A DNA stretch of 50,931 nucleotides, taken from assembly GCA_032128115.1 (NCBI GenBank), contig JAQBHB010000097.1, positions 1-50,931 on the forward strand, in the 5' to 3' direction. Of this stretch, positions 36,619-45,548 are shown in pieces. This stretch comes from Deltaproteobacteria bacterium. GTDB lineage: Bacteria > Myxococcota_A > UBA9160 > SMWR01. A model generated the notes under the pieces. The model was given only the letters and a program-made list of their open reading frames with translations, was not told the origin of the DNA and searched no databases. Position 1 is the first letter of the stretch. Each line of letters starts with the position of its first letter. A program made the translations under genes and the position numbers.

Positions 36619-38112
36619 TCAGGCTCGCGGGCCCGCCTTCGGATCGCGAAGCGCCGGCTCGGTCGCCTCCTCGTCGCCTCGGTTCATGCCGCGAAGCGCG
36701 CGCTGGGTGCGAGCGATCGCGGCTCGCTGCACGCGAAGCTCTTCGGCCTGTGCCGCCACTTGCCGCTCGAGACGTTCGCGCGCCTCGTTCGACTCGCCGA
36801 GGCTCGCTTCCAGCCGTCCAACGCGGGCGTCCAGCTCACGGATCAGGCGTGCCACCTCTCCGCTGTCGCCACCGCCCCCCAGATCACCCATGGGGGAATC
36901 GGAACCCAGGCCGTCCATATCCATAGCCTTGCCTCCTTGCTCGAATCCGTCAAAAAGTCCCGGCTCGGGCTTCCTGGGGGTCGACCCCACACCCTCGCCG
37001 CGAAGTCCACCACCCGGAGCGCCGCCCATCTCGCGGCCGTCCAGGGTCCTGTCGAACCCCGTCCCGATTTCGTCCTCCCGGGCCTGGTGCGCTCCCAGAC
37101 CCGAGTCGAAACCGGCCTCGTCGGCCTCCTCGCCAAGCATGGAAGCGTCCAGGTCGCCGGGCAGAGATCGCCGGCGCAACAGCATCCATACCACCAGGGC
37201 CACCACCATCAGGCCGGCAGCGATGCCGGCCCGAAGCGGTGTGATGCCCATGGGAAGGGCGACGCCAAAGAGAGTCTCCCCCGGTGCGGGAAGCGGCGTA
37301 GGAGTCGGCGCGACCTGGGGCCGGGTCGGCCGCGGCACTGGCGCCGGGGCCACCGGTGTGGACTCGGCGTCGGCGAGCTCCAGATCCGTCTCGGCCTCGG
37401 CCTCGAGATCTTCCTCGGCCGCAAGCTCCGCCTCGGGGGGTGCCGTCTCGGGAGCCAGCGGCTCCTCGAGCGCCTCCTCCTCGATCTCGACCTCGGCGAC
37501 CTCTTCCACCTCTACCAGGGGCTGATCGCCCAGGCGCGGCTCGGAAGGGGCTCTGGCCACGGGCACAGGCGCGGCTTCGGGAGCGGGCTTCGGCACGGGC
37601 GCGGCCCCGGGAGCGGGCTTCGGCACGGGCGGCGTGGGAACCGCTGCCAGCTTTTTGCCGGCCATCACGTCGAGGACGATGCGCGGGGGATTCGTCAGGA
37701 TCATCTCGCGCAGGCGCAGACTGGAGTCCCTCAGGCGAATGCGAGCCACAGCCTTGCCGCCCGGACCCGCCTCGACGGAAACCCCGTTGATGAGGTCGCT
37801 TCGCGACTTGATGTCGCGCGGCTCTGCGGTGGCGTCCAGGGAAACCAGGATCTCGGTAACGCCATCGTCGCCGGTGTTGCGTTCCACGCGGTAGCGCGAC
37901 GGCGAGTCCAGCTGGAAAACCACGCGGGTGAATTCGGGATGCGGGCCGACGCGCACCTCGGTGACAGCGGCCGCGTTCGCCGGCCCGGAGTACAGGCCCA
38001 GCGACAGGGCGGCGAGAACCAGCGGCAGGGCGGTGAGCACCAGCGACAGGGCGGAGAGAACCAGCGGCAGGGCGGAGAGACCGACGGCGAAGCGCCGAAC
38101 CGCTTCCGTCAT
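36619..38112 (-). CDS. AMIN-domain envelope protein with Pro/Glu linker, TM helix and C-terminal coiled coil
   Basis: VTEVRVGPHPEFTRVVFQLD...LTNPPRIVLDV (AMIN). TM AGIAAGLMVVALVVWMLL-RRR. Heptads ELDARVGRLEASL...RALRGM. Confidence 0.8.
   Translation of the reverse strand: MTEAVRRFAVGLSALPLVLSALSLVLTALPLVLAALSLGLYSGPANAAAVTEVRVGPHPEFTRVVFQLDSPSRYRVERNTGDDGVTEILVSLDATAEPRDIKSRSDLINGVSVEAGPGGKAVARIRLRDSSLRLREMILTNPPRIVLDVMAGKKLAAVPTPPVPKPAPGAAPVPKPAPEAAPVPVARAPSEPRLGDQPLVEVEEVAEVEIEEEALEEPLAPETAPPEAELAAEEDLEAEAETDLELADAESTPVAPAPVPRPTRPQVAPTPTPLPAPGETLFGVALPMGITPLRAGIAAGLMVVALVVWMLLRRRSLPGDLDASMLGEEADEAGFDSGLGAHQAREDEIGTGFDRTLDGREMGGAPGGGLRGEGVGSTPRKPEPGLFDGFEQGGKAMDMDGLGSDSPMGDLGGGGDSGEVARLIRELDARVGRLEASLGESNEARERLERQVAAQAEELRVQRAAIARTQRALRGMNRGDEEATEPALRDPKAGPRA
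37998..38081 (-). repeat. 4 x 21-bp coding tandem repeat in the signal peptide
   Basis: + strand ccagcgacagggcggcgagaa|ccagcggcagggcggtgagca|ccagcgacagggcggagagaa|ccagcggcagggcggagagac, encoding (V/G)L(S/T/A)AL(P/S)L x4. Confidence 0.9.
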
Positions 38113-38262
38113 CTCGCGAGAAGACCGACTTCGTCGCACCTGCATCACACCCCGGCGCCCCCTGACTCGCGCGCCCCGATCCTAGATCATTTGCGGCGTC
38201 GAGCCCGTTGCACGGCTACTTGCGGGCTCCTAATCGGGAAGTTGCGCCTCGCGCTTGAATCC

Positions 38263-39060
38263 TCATGGACATATGGCGTTTTCCCCACGCCCTACGAGCA
38301 GAGGCTGGAGCGTCTCGATCGCCCGGCGGATGCGAGGGCCGTACCAGGACACCAGCGTGCCATCGATCAGATGGATCCGCCCACTGCGGGCCGCGGGAAT
38401 GGACAGCCCGCGGAGTTCTGCGGTGTCGCGGGGGCCAAAGGCGTACGGCTCGTCCGGCAACAGGATCACTTCGGGTGCCGCCGCCACGATTTCCGCAGTC
38501 TTCACGATGGGATAGCGGCGCTCGTCCCGGTGGGAAAAGACGTTGCGACCGCCACACAGCCGCAGCAGGTCGTCGGCATACGTATCAGGCCCCACCGCCA
38601 TCCAGGGCTTCTTCCAGATCGGGCAGAAGACAGGCACCGGCGACGCCACCGATGCGGCTTCGACCCGCAAAAGGCTCTCCCAGACAGGGTCCACCACCGC
38701 GGCCACCGCCTCGGCGCTCGCTCCCAGACCCGCCAGCTCGCGCAGCAGGACGGCGCCCTCGCGCACGGTTCTCGGATAGGTGACCCAGACCCGCAGGCCG
38801 CGCGCCTCCAGGGCTTCCACGTCGCGGCGTCGGTTCTCTTCGCGGTTGGCGATCACGAGATCCGGAGCCAGTTCCGCCACGCGATCGAGTTCCGGATTCT
38901 TGGTGCCTCCCACCCGGGGAACGCCCGCCAACCGATTCGCAGGGTGGACGCACCAATCGGTGATCCCCACCACCCGCTCGCCCAGCCCCAGCTCGAAGAG
39001 GGCCTCGGTGAGGCTCGGCACCAGCGATACGATCCGCTGCGCCGATCCGGCCGCGCTCAC
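38263..39060 (-). CDS. Helical-backbone metal receptor (BtuF-like) protein without signal peptide
   Basis: RIVSLVPSLTEALFELG, VGITDWCVHP, VGGTKNP, PDLVIANREEN, LPDEPYAF, SWYGPR. Confidence 0.88.
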   Translation of the reverse strand: MSAAGSAQRIVSLVPSLTEALFELGLGERVVGITDWCVHPANRLAGVPRVGGTKNPELDRVAELAPDLVIANREENRRRDVEALEARGLRVWVTYPRTVREGAVLLRELAGLGASAEAVAAVVDPVWESLLRVEAASVASPVPVFCPIWKKPWMAVGPDTYADDLLRLCGGRNVFSHRDERRYPIVKTAEIVAAAPEVILLPDEPYAFGPRDTAELRGLSIPAARSGRIHLIDGTLVSWYGPRIRRAIETLQPLLVGRGENAICP

Positions 39061-40229
39061 CTGGGCGTGCCGGATTCGAAAACGATCTCGAGCACACCTC
39101 CTTCGAGCCGCGCCGAGGCGACGGCCGCACCCGCCAGCGAGGCGGGCAACGAGATGCGGCGGTGGGCATCGCGCACGCCCACCAGCAGCTCGTCGCCGTG
39201 CACGGACACGTTGATGTCGCCCCGCTCGGCGTGGGGAAGATCGATCTCGAGACACGTGCGCCCCTCGCGCCGTTCGAGCCGGATCGGACGGGACTCGATG
39301 AAGCGCTCGGCCGGGTCGCGGCTCCCATACAGTTCTGCTGCCAGCTGGCGCAGCGCATCGACTCCAATGGGCTCACACGGGTGTAACGGCGCGCGCAGAA
39401 TCGGCACGGGGAATGAACGTTCGATGTCCAGCAGCTCTTCGCGCTCGCGCTCCGCCCATCGGGCGAAGTAGCCACCGGCGGCCTCCGGCGGCAGCACCCG
39501 GTTGACGAGGACCGCGTCGGTCGCCACCCCGTACAGGTTCAGGTAGGCGAAGCTCCGGCGTGTCTCGTCCACGACCACGCGCGCCGGATTCACCACCAGG
39601 CGCGCACTCGTCGACTCGTTGTCCATCAGAATCCTGCGCACGTCCTCCACCTGGCGGTACAGGCGCTCGAAAGCGTCGAAGACCTCGTCCGGCGCCACCA
39701 GCCGGCCCACCCCCACCCGGTCGGCCAGGGGTCGGATCATGCGGGCGGCCTTGCGCTTGAAATCGAAGAAGTTCGTCATGAACATGCGCAGCACGTCGGG
39801 GAAGCGAAGCAATCGGAGCGTGGAACCAGTGGGGGCACAGTCCACCACGCACACGTCGAACTCGCCGCCGGCCGCCACCTCTCCCACGGCCCGCAACGAC
39901 ACCAGTTCCTCGAGGCCCGGGAACACCAGCAGCTCTTCGGCCACCAGCGGGTCGCTGTCGTCGCGCAGCAAGACGTAGAGCCATTCCTGGATCTCCTTCC
40001 AGGAGCGGTCGAGTTCGGCCAGGGCCACCACCTCCTGGGCCACCACGCCTTCCGCCACCGTCACGGGGCGGGGGCCCACGTCGCGGCCCAGGGCGTCGCC
40101 CAGGCTGTGGGCAGAATCCGTAGACAGCAGGAAGACCCGATGACCGTGGCTGGCCGCGCCAAGCGCCGTGGCCGCCGCCAGACTGGTCTTGCCGACACCG
40201 CCCTTGCCCGTGTGAAGCAGCACGCGCAC
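39057..40229 (-). CDS. ArsA/Get3-family ATPase with C-terminal HSP20-like domain (copy 2)
   Basis: GKGGVGKT, STDSAHSL, FPGLEEL, DCAPTG, VLVNRVLP, and a beta-rich C-terminus (LEIDLP...DELLV...ARLEGGVLEIVF). Confidence 0.92.
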   Translation of the reverse strand: MRVLLHTGKGGVGKTSLAAATALGAASHGHRVFLLSTDSAHSLGDALGRDVGPRPVTVAEGVVAQEVVALAELDRSWKEIQEWLYVLLRDDSDPLVAEELLVFPGLEELVSLRAVGEVAAGGEFDVCVVDCAPTGSTLRLLRFPDVLRMFMTNFFDFKRKAARMIRPLADRVGVGRLVAPDEVFDAFERLYRQVEDVRRILMDNESTSARLVVNPARVVVDETRRSFAYLNLYGVATDAVLVNRVLPPEAAGGYFARWAEREREELLDIERSFPVPILRAPLHPCEPIGVDALRQLAAELYGSRDPAERFIESRPIRLERREGRTCLEIDLPHAERGDINVSVHGDELLVGVRDAHRRISLPASLAGAAVASARLEGGVLEIVFESGTPR

Positions 40230-40230
40230 G

Positions 40231-41421
40231 TCAGGCGGGTCCGGGGTCGGCGTTGGCGCGCTCGAAGCGAACCACCAGGGATTGACCTTCGAGGCTGGCG
40301 CTGGCCAGGGGCAGCCCGGCGAAGCGGCGCGGCAGCTTCAGGGATCGGCGCCGCGCGCCGGTGGTGATGGTGAGCTCGTCGTCCACCTTCACCACGTCCA
40401 GGCGGTCGCGTTCGGCGTTGGGCAGAGGCACCACCACTCGGTAGATCGGTCCCTCGCGCTCGAAACGCACCTGGGGGGCGTTCGAGAGCACGGCGTCCGG
40501 CTCGACGCCGGAAAACAGGCGGGCTCCGTGCCGGGACAACCGTGCAAGGCCCGTCACCTCGTCGTCTTGGAGCGGCGCCTCCAGCACGGGCAGGGGGGAG
40601 AAGAGTTCGCTCACTTCGCGCCGGCGCTCCTCCTGCAGACGCACCAGGTTCCCGAAGAAGGGCTCGTCGGCAGCCTGGTCCGGCAGCAGCCGGTTCATCA
40701 CCACCGCATCGCACGAAACCTCGAACAGCGAGAGCTCGGTGTGCAGCCGCCTCGACTCCTCGATCACCATGCGTTCGGCCGTCACCACCAACCGCACGCT
40801 GGTCTCCGGGGCAACGATCCGCTTCTGCAAACCCCGCAGCTCCTTGTAGAGCAGCTGATCCACGTCGTGGAAGACGTCGGCGCCGGGCAGGGGAACCCGG
40901 ACCAGGTGCCTGGCGATCGGCACCGCCACGCCCGAAACGGCCCGGGCCAGGGGCAGCAACAGCCGCAATGTGCGGTGCGCGATCTCCGGGAGCGTCACCA
41001 GGCGAAGGGCCGAGTCGGTGGGCGCGCAATCGACCACGACCAGGTCGTAGGCGTTCGAGGCCGCGAACTCCTCGACGGCCAGCAGGGTGGTGAGCTCTTC
41101 GGCGCCCGGCAGCAGCGCCAGCTCCTCGGCCACCACCGCCTCGATGCCCTGATGCTGGAGCAGCGAGACGAGAAACTCGCGGATGCGGCCCCAGTGTCGG
41201 GCCGATTCGACACGCGCATCGATCTCGACAGCGTCGAGGCACGGGGCCACGGAGATGGGATCCGCACCCAGGCGACGCTCGAACACGTCTCCCAGGCTAT
41301 GAGCAGCATCAGCAGAAGCCACCAGCGTTCGTCGCCCGCGCTCGGACGCCGCTACGGCCGTGGCGGCTGCGGTGGTCGTCTTGCCGACGCCGCCCTTCCC
41401 TGTATACAGAACGAGCCTCAC
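40231..41421 (-). CDS. ArsA/Get3-family ATPase with C-terminal HSP20-like domain (copy 1)
   Basis: GKGGVGKT, SADAAHSL, LPGAEEL, DCAPTD, VVMNRLLP, and a beta-rich C-terminus (VVPLP...DELTI...ASLEGQSLVVRF). Confidence 0.92.
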   Translation of the reverse strand: MRLVLYTGKGGVGKTTTAAATAVAASERGRRTLVASADAAHSLGDVFERRLGADPISVAPCLDAVEIDARVESARHWGRIREFLVSLLQHQGIEAVVAEELALLPGAEELTTLLAVEEFAASNAYDLVVVDCAPTDSALRLVTLPEIAHRTLRLLLPLARAVSGVAVPIARHLVRVPLPGADVFHDVDQLLYKELRGLQKRIVAPETSVRLVVTAERMVIEESRRLHTELSLFEVSCDAVVMNRLLPDQAADEPFFGNLVRLQEERRREVSELFSPLPVLEAPLQDDEVTGLARLSRHGARLFSGVEPDAVLSNAPQVRFEREGPIYRVVVPLPNAERDRLDVVKVDDELTITTGARRRSLKLPRRFAGLPLASASLEGQSLVVRFERANADPGPA

Positions 41422-41433
41422 GGCCCGACGGTA

Positions 41434-41667
41434 TCACGCCGCGGAGTCGACCTCCCGAAGCGCCCCAAGGGCCGTGCGCACGCGCACCAGCGCGGGCGGA
41501 TTCGGCCCCCATGACGTCCACCGGTGCTCACAGCGCGCACATTCGGCCAGGAACACGAGGCCGCGGTCGACCACCTCGTCCGTGCGGATCTCCGAACCGC
41601 CGCACACGAGACAGCGCGTCAGGGTTCGAGTCGGGAGTCGGTTCAACGTTCGGAAGACGGGTTCCAT
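41434..41667 (-). CDS. Small zinc-ribbon protein (77 aa)
   Basis: CLVC-x20-CARC-EHRW. AAGGA SD before the ATG at 41667. Lies 12 bp from the downstream ATPase start. Confidence 0.7.
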   Translation of the reverse strand: MEPVFRTLNRLPTRTLTRCLVCGGSEIRTDEVVDRGLVFLAECARCEHRWTSWGPNPPALVRVRTALGALREVDSAA

Positions 41668-41859
41668 TTCGATCCTTTGCCTTTCCGGGCGCTCCAGGGA
41701 GGGGTTCCAATACCCCATCCGAAACCCAGGGTCCTACACCCGCGTGACGCATCCGGTCACGGGTCGGGGACCGCCTCCGGTTGACTCCGGCTGACTCCGG
41801 CTGAGATAGGATGGGCGCCGGGCCGAGGGGGCGGAAAAGGCGGAAGCGAGGAGAACGCC

Positions 41860-42873
41860 ATGGATTTCGGACTGGTCCTGACGGGGGGGAGTGCCCGGGC
41901 CGATGTCGACCTGGCCATTCGGGCCGAGGCGGCGGGCTTCGACGCCGTGTTCACGATCGAATTCTTCAATCGCCACGGCTACGTACCGCTGGGGGCGATT
42001 GCCCAGGCCACGGAGCGGATCCGCCTGGGAACGGGCATCGCCAACGCCTTCACTCGCACGCCGCTGCTCCACGCCAGCGCGGCCATGGACACGGACGAAC
42101 TCTCCGGCGGCCGCATGATCCTGGGCCTGGGAAGCGCCACCCGACGCATGAACCAGGACTGGTACGCGGTGCCGTTCTCCGAGCCTGCGGCGCGCATGCG
42201 CGAGCTGGTGGAGCTGGTGCGCGCCGCCATCGCGGCCCAGAAAGGTGGCGGCTTCCGATGGGACGGGAAGTTCTGGCAGATCAACGTCCCGATCTTCGCG
42301 CGTCCGGGTGCCGCGCGGGAGCAGATTCCCATCTGGATCGCGGCAGTCAACCGTCACATGATTGCAACCGCTGGCGCCGTGGCCGACGGCCTGGTGGGTC
42401 ACCCCATCGCCACCCGCCGCTGGCACCGCGAGGTGACACTGCCCGGATTGCGCGAAGCCGAGAAGCGCAATGGGCGCGCCGGGGGCGCCTGCGTGTTGGC
42501 GCCGTACGTGATGACTTCGATCCAGGAGAACCGCGAACACGCCATCCGCGACGCCAAGAACCAGATCGGCTTCTACTTCACCACCGGTATCTACCACTCG
42601 ATTCTCGAGCACCACGGACTGCGTCACGTGGGAGAGGCCTGCCGCGACGCACTGCGCCGCTTCGACGTGAAGGCCATGAGCGAGGCGATTCCCGACGAGC
42701 TGGTGGACGAGATCGCCATCGCCTGCACGCCCGACGAAGCCAGGGATCGGCTGGCTCAATGGGCGGACCTGACGGATCTGGCGCTTCTCTACGCGCCCAG
42801 CGTGGCCGTACCGCCCGAACGGCTGGCTTCGAACATGAACTCCATCTTCGAGAACTTCGGGAGCCCTGCGTGA
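41860..42873 (+). CDS. LLM-class flavin/F420-dependent oxidoreductase
   Basis: AEAAGFDAVF, ATERIRLGTGIA, SGGRMILGLG, IPIWIAA, AGAVADG. Confidence 0.92.
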   Translation: MDFGLVLTGGSARADVDLAIRAEAAGFDAVFTIEFFNRHGYVPLGAIAQATERIRLGTGIANAFTRTPLLHASAAMDTDELSGGRMILGLGSATRRMNQDWYAVPFSEPAARMRELVELVRAAIAAQKGGGFRWDGKFWQINVPIFARPGAAREQIPIWIAAVNRHMIATAGAVADGLVGHPIATRRWHREVTLPGLREAEKRNGRAGGACVLAPYVMTSIQENREHAIRDAKNQIGFYFTTGIYHSILEHHGLRHVGEACRDALRRFDVKAMSEAIPDELVDEIAIACTPDEARDRLAQWADLTDLALLYAPSVAVPPERLASNMNSIFENFGSPA

Positions 42874-43568
42874 ACACCGAGAAAGATTCGCCGATCCTGA
42901 GCCACTGGGACGCCTCGAGCCGGGCCGCCAGCGGCGCCTGGGCCCAGAAGCGCCGCCTGGCCACCGCCATGCGTCTTGTGATCGAACGCCTGGTCAGGAG
43001 CGACGCCCCTGAGGACGAGTTGTCGGCGGCGGCCGACGGACTGGAGCGCTACGCCGAGCGCCTGGCGAGCCACGCGAGGCTCACGCGCTACGAGGGCTTC
43101 GCCGAGACCGCGAACGCCGGCGACACGGGGGCATTCTTCGACCAGAGCCCCCTGATCGGCCTGGCCAACCCGCTGGCGCCGCCCATCTCGATCCGCACCA
43201 CCGGGGAACGCCGGGCGGAGGGCCGCGTCAGCTTCGGCTCCGCCTACGAGGGACCGCCGGGCTGCGTTCACGGCGGATTCGTGGCGGCGGCCTTCGACGA
43301 AGTGCTTGGCTTCGCCCAGTCGCTCACGGGCAGCCCCGGCTTCACCGGCACGCTCACGGTGATCTACCGCAAGCCCACGCCGCTCCACACCGAGCTGCGT
43401 TTCGAGACCGAAGTCACAGGGCAGGAACGGCGCAAGATCTACACAAAGGGCCGGGTCTTCGCCGGCGACCTGATGACGGCCGAGGCGGATGCCATCTTCA
43501 TCTCCGCCGATCGCGAACGCTTCCTGGCCCTGTTGGAAGCCCGCCAGAAGCGGGACGACGAGCTCTAG
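42870..43568 (+). CDS. PaaI-family hotdog-fold thioesterase
   Basis: SPLIGLANPLAPP, YEGPPGCVHGGFVAAAFDEVLG, TGTLTVIYRKPTPL. Confidence 0.9.
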   Translation: MNTEKDSPILSHWDASSRAASGAWAQKRRLATAMRLVIERLVRSDAPEDELSAAADGLERYAERLASHARLTRYEGFAETANAGDTGAFFDQSPLIGLANPLAPPISIRTTGERRAEGRVSFGSAYEGPPGCVHGGFVAAAFDEVLGFAQSLTGSPGFTGTLTVIYRKPTPLHTELRFETEVTGQERRKIYTKGRVFAGDLMTAEADAIFISADRERFLALLEARQKRDDEL

Positions 43569-45064
43569 CGTCCAGAGCGCAGCTCGCGCTTGAGGATCTT
43601 GCCCGTGGGGCCCTTGGGAAGATCCTCGGACAGCTCGACGATGCGCGGGTACTTGTAGGCGGCGAGCCGCTGCTTGCAGTACGCCACCACTGCCTCGGGC
43701 GTCAGGCCCGAGCCCGGTCTCGGCACCACCACGGCCTTCACCTCTTCGCCGTGGCGCTCGTGGGCAATGCCAATCACCGCCGCCTCCAGGATGTCCGGGT
43801 GCCCGAAAAGCACCTCCTCCACCTCCCGGGGATACACGTTGAATCCGCCGCGAATGATCATGTCCTTCTTGCGATCGACGATCGCGAAGGCGCCATCCTC
43901 GTCCCGGATCCCCACGTCTCCGGAGTGGAACCAGCCGCCGCGGAGCGCCTCCTTGGTGGCGTCTGGCCGCTTCAGGTAGCCCTTCATGACGTTGTGGCCA
44001 CGGATGCAGATCTCGCCGGGCTCGCCGTCGGCCACCGGCTGGTCGCTGTCGTCCAGGATTGCCATCTCGACGCCCCATACGGGGTACCCGATGGAGCCCG
44101 GCTTGCGGGGTCGGCCGGGCATGTTGAAGCTCGCCACCGGCGAGGTCTCGGAGAGGCCATAGCCCTCGAGGATCTGAACCGAAAACTTCGCCTCGAAGGC
44201 CTTCATCACTTCCACGGGCATGGGAGCGCCGCCCGCCAGGCAGAAGCGCAGGCTCGAGAGATCCAACGCGCGCTCGCTCTGGTGGTGGAGAAGCGCGAAG
44301 TACATGGTGGGAACGCCTGCAAACATCGTCACCGCGTCGCGCTCCATGATCTCGAATGCGTCGCTCGGCGTGAAGCGGGGGAGCAGGGTGATGGTCCCAC
44401 CCACGGCGATCGAGGCGTTCTGGATACAGGTCTGCCCGAACGAGTGGAACAGCGGCAGTGTGGCCAGGGCGACATCATCGCGGCCGATGGGTACCAGTCG
44501 CGGCACCACCACGGTGCAGTTGAGCAACAGATTCGCGTGGGTGAGCTCCGCGCCCTTGGGCTTGCCTGTCGTCCCCGACGTGTAGAGGATCACGGCCGTA
44601 TCGGTGGGCAATGTGGGGTGGAGAGTCGGCGTTGGGTCCTGGGCCGCAAGGCTGTCGAGCCCGTCATCGCCCTCGCCCCCCACCCAGATCACGGACACGC
44701 CCGCCTCGCTGGCGCCCTCGCGGGCCGCGTCGCCGAAGAGCGGGTGGGCCACCAGCAGGCGCGCTTCCGAGTCCTGCAGGTGATAGGTCACCTCGGGCGC
44801 AGTGAGCAGGACATTCAGCGGCACCACCGTGCATCCCGCGTAGAGAATCCCGAAGTAGGCGATCGTGAACTCGGGCAGGTTGGGAACCAGAAGTGCCACC
44901 GATTCCCCAGGCGCGATGCCCCGCTCGCGCAGGCCGGTGGCCACACCCCGCGCCGCCCGATCGAGTTCGGCGTAGCTGAGGCTGCGATCGTTCAAACGGA
45001 TGACGGGATGCTCGGGGCGCGAGTCCGCACTCGCTTGGAGAATGGATCCGAGATTCAGGTTCAT
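43565..45064 (-). CDS. fadD: Long-chain fatty acid--CoA ligase
   Basis: YTSGTTGKPKG, LPLFHSFG, EGYGLSETS, WFHSGD, DRKKDMIIRGGFNVYPREVE, PKGPTGK. Confidence 0.93.
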   Translation of the reverse strand: MNLNLGSILQASADSRPEHPVIRLNDRSLSYAELDRAARGVATGLRERGIAPGESVALLVPNLPEFTIAYFGILYAGCTVVPLNVLLTAPEVTYHLQDSEARLLVAHPLFGDAAREGASEAGVSVIWVGGEGDDGLDSLAAQDPTPTLHPTLPTDTAVILYTSGTTGKPKGAELTHANLLLNCTVVVPRLVPIGRDDVALATLPLFHSFGQTCIQNASIAVGGTITLLPRFTPSDAFEIMERDAVTMFAGVPTMYFALLHHQSERALDLSSLRFCLAGGAPMPVEVMKAFEAKFSVQILEGYGLSETSPVASFNMPGRPRKPGSIGYPVWGVEMAILDDSDQPVADGEPGEICIRGHNVMKGYLKRPDATKEALRGGWFHSGDVGIRDEDGAFAIVDRKKDMIIRGGFNVYPREVEEVLFGHPDILEAAVIGIAHERHGEEVKAVVVPRPGSGLTPEAVVAYCKQRLAAYKYPRIVELSEDLPKGPTGKILKRELRSGR

Positions 45065-45540
45065 GGGGTTCCCCTCGCGTACATCGCCGACAGCCAGACC
45101 GCCGCCGTGACGAAGGCCGCCATGCTGGCAACCACCGCCGTCCGCCCGGCACGGCGATGCCAGAGCCGACCCCGGCGCGATTCCTCCACCGGGTCCGGAA
45201 GCGGCCCGGAGCCCAGGGTGTGGCGAAAGCGCCAGGCGCGGTAGCCCGCGACACCGCCAGCGATCAGCATCACCAGGATGGCGGTCTCGTGGACGTAGAG
45301 CGCCGTTTTGGCCGTGGCGGTCCACAACTCGCGCTGTTCCTTGCCCAGGAAGACCGTCTTCACGACGTATGAAACCAGGAAAAGCCCCACCAGGCCGCCA
45401 GCGCTGATCATGAAGCGCCGGTGCCCGCGCACGTCGCGGCGGCGAATGCGGCGCACTCCCAGCAGCGCACACGCCACCACGCCCAGGAAGTTGGCGAGCG
45501 CCGCGGTCCAGAAGAGGAGTTTGGGATCGATGTCGGCCAT
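45061..45540 (-). CDS. DUF420 family membrane protein
   Basis: Four hydrophobic segments. IRRRDVRGHRRFM, LFLVSY, VHE, WHRRAGR. Confidence 0.8.
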   Translation of the reverse strand: MADIDPKLLFWTAALANFLGVVACALLGVRRIRRRDVRGHRRFMISAGGLVGLFLVSYVVKTVFLGKEQRELWTATAKTALYVHETAILVMLIAGGVAGYRAWRFRHTLGSGPLPDPVEESRRGRLWHRRAGRTAVVASMAAFVTAAVWLSAMYARGTP

Positions 45541-45548
45541 GCCAGCGA

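Noticed and set aside
35730..38081. Short repeat arrays as CRISPR
   Set aside because: Head-to-tail units with no spacers, in-frame within genes, and no cas genes.
38204..38224. Sigma54-like TTGCACGGCTACTTGC
   Set aside because: Lacks the invariant GG at -24, has the wrong spacing, and points away from the downstream gene.
36760..39471. 903-aa + strand ORF, and similar long alternative-frame ORFs (e.g. 9662-11413, 10350-12230, 18473-20368, 25401-26942)
   Set aside because: They overlap well-supported genes and have Arg/Gly/His-rich shadow composition without domains.
39057..41421. Arsenic resistance operon
   Set aside because: No arsB/acr3, arsC, arsR or arsD nearby. The ATPases are single-domain with an HSP20-like tail.
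41744..41760. CRP/FNR site
   Set aside because: GTGA and TCAC are 9 nt apart, not 6.
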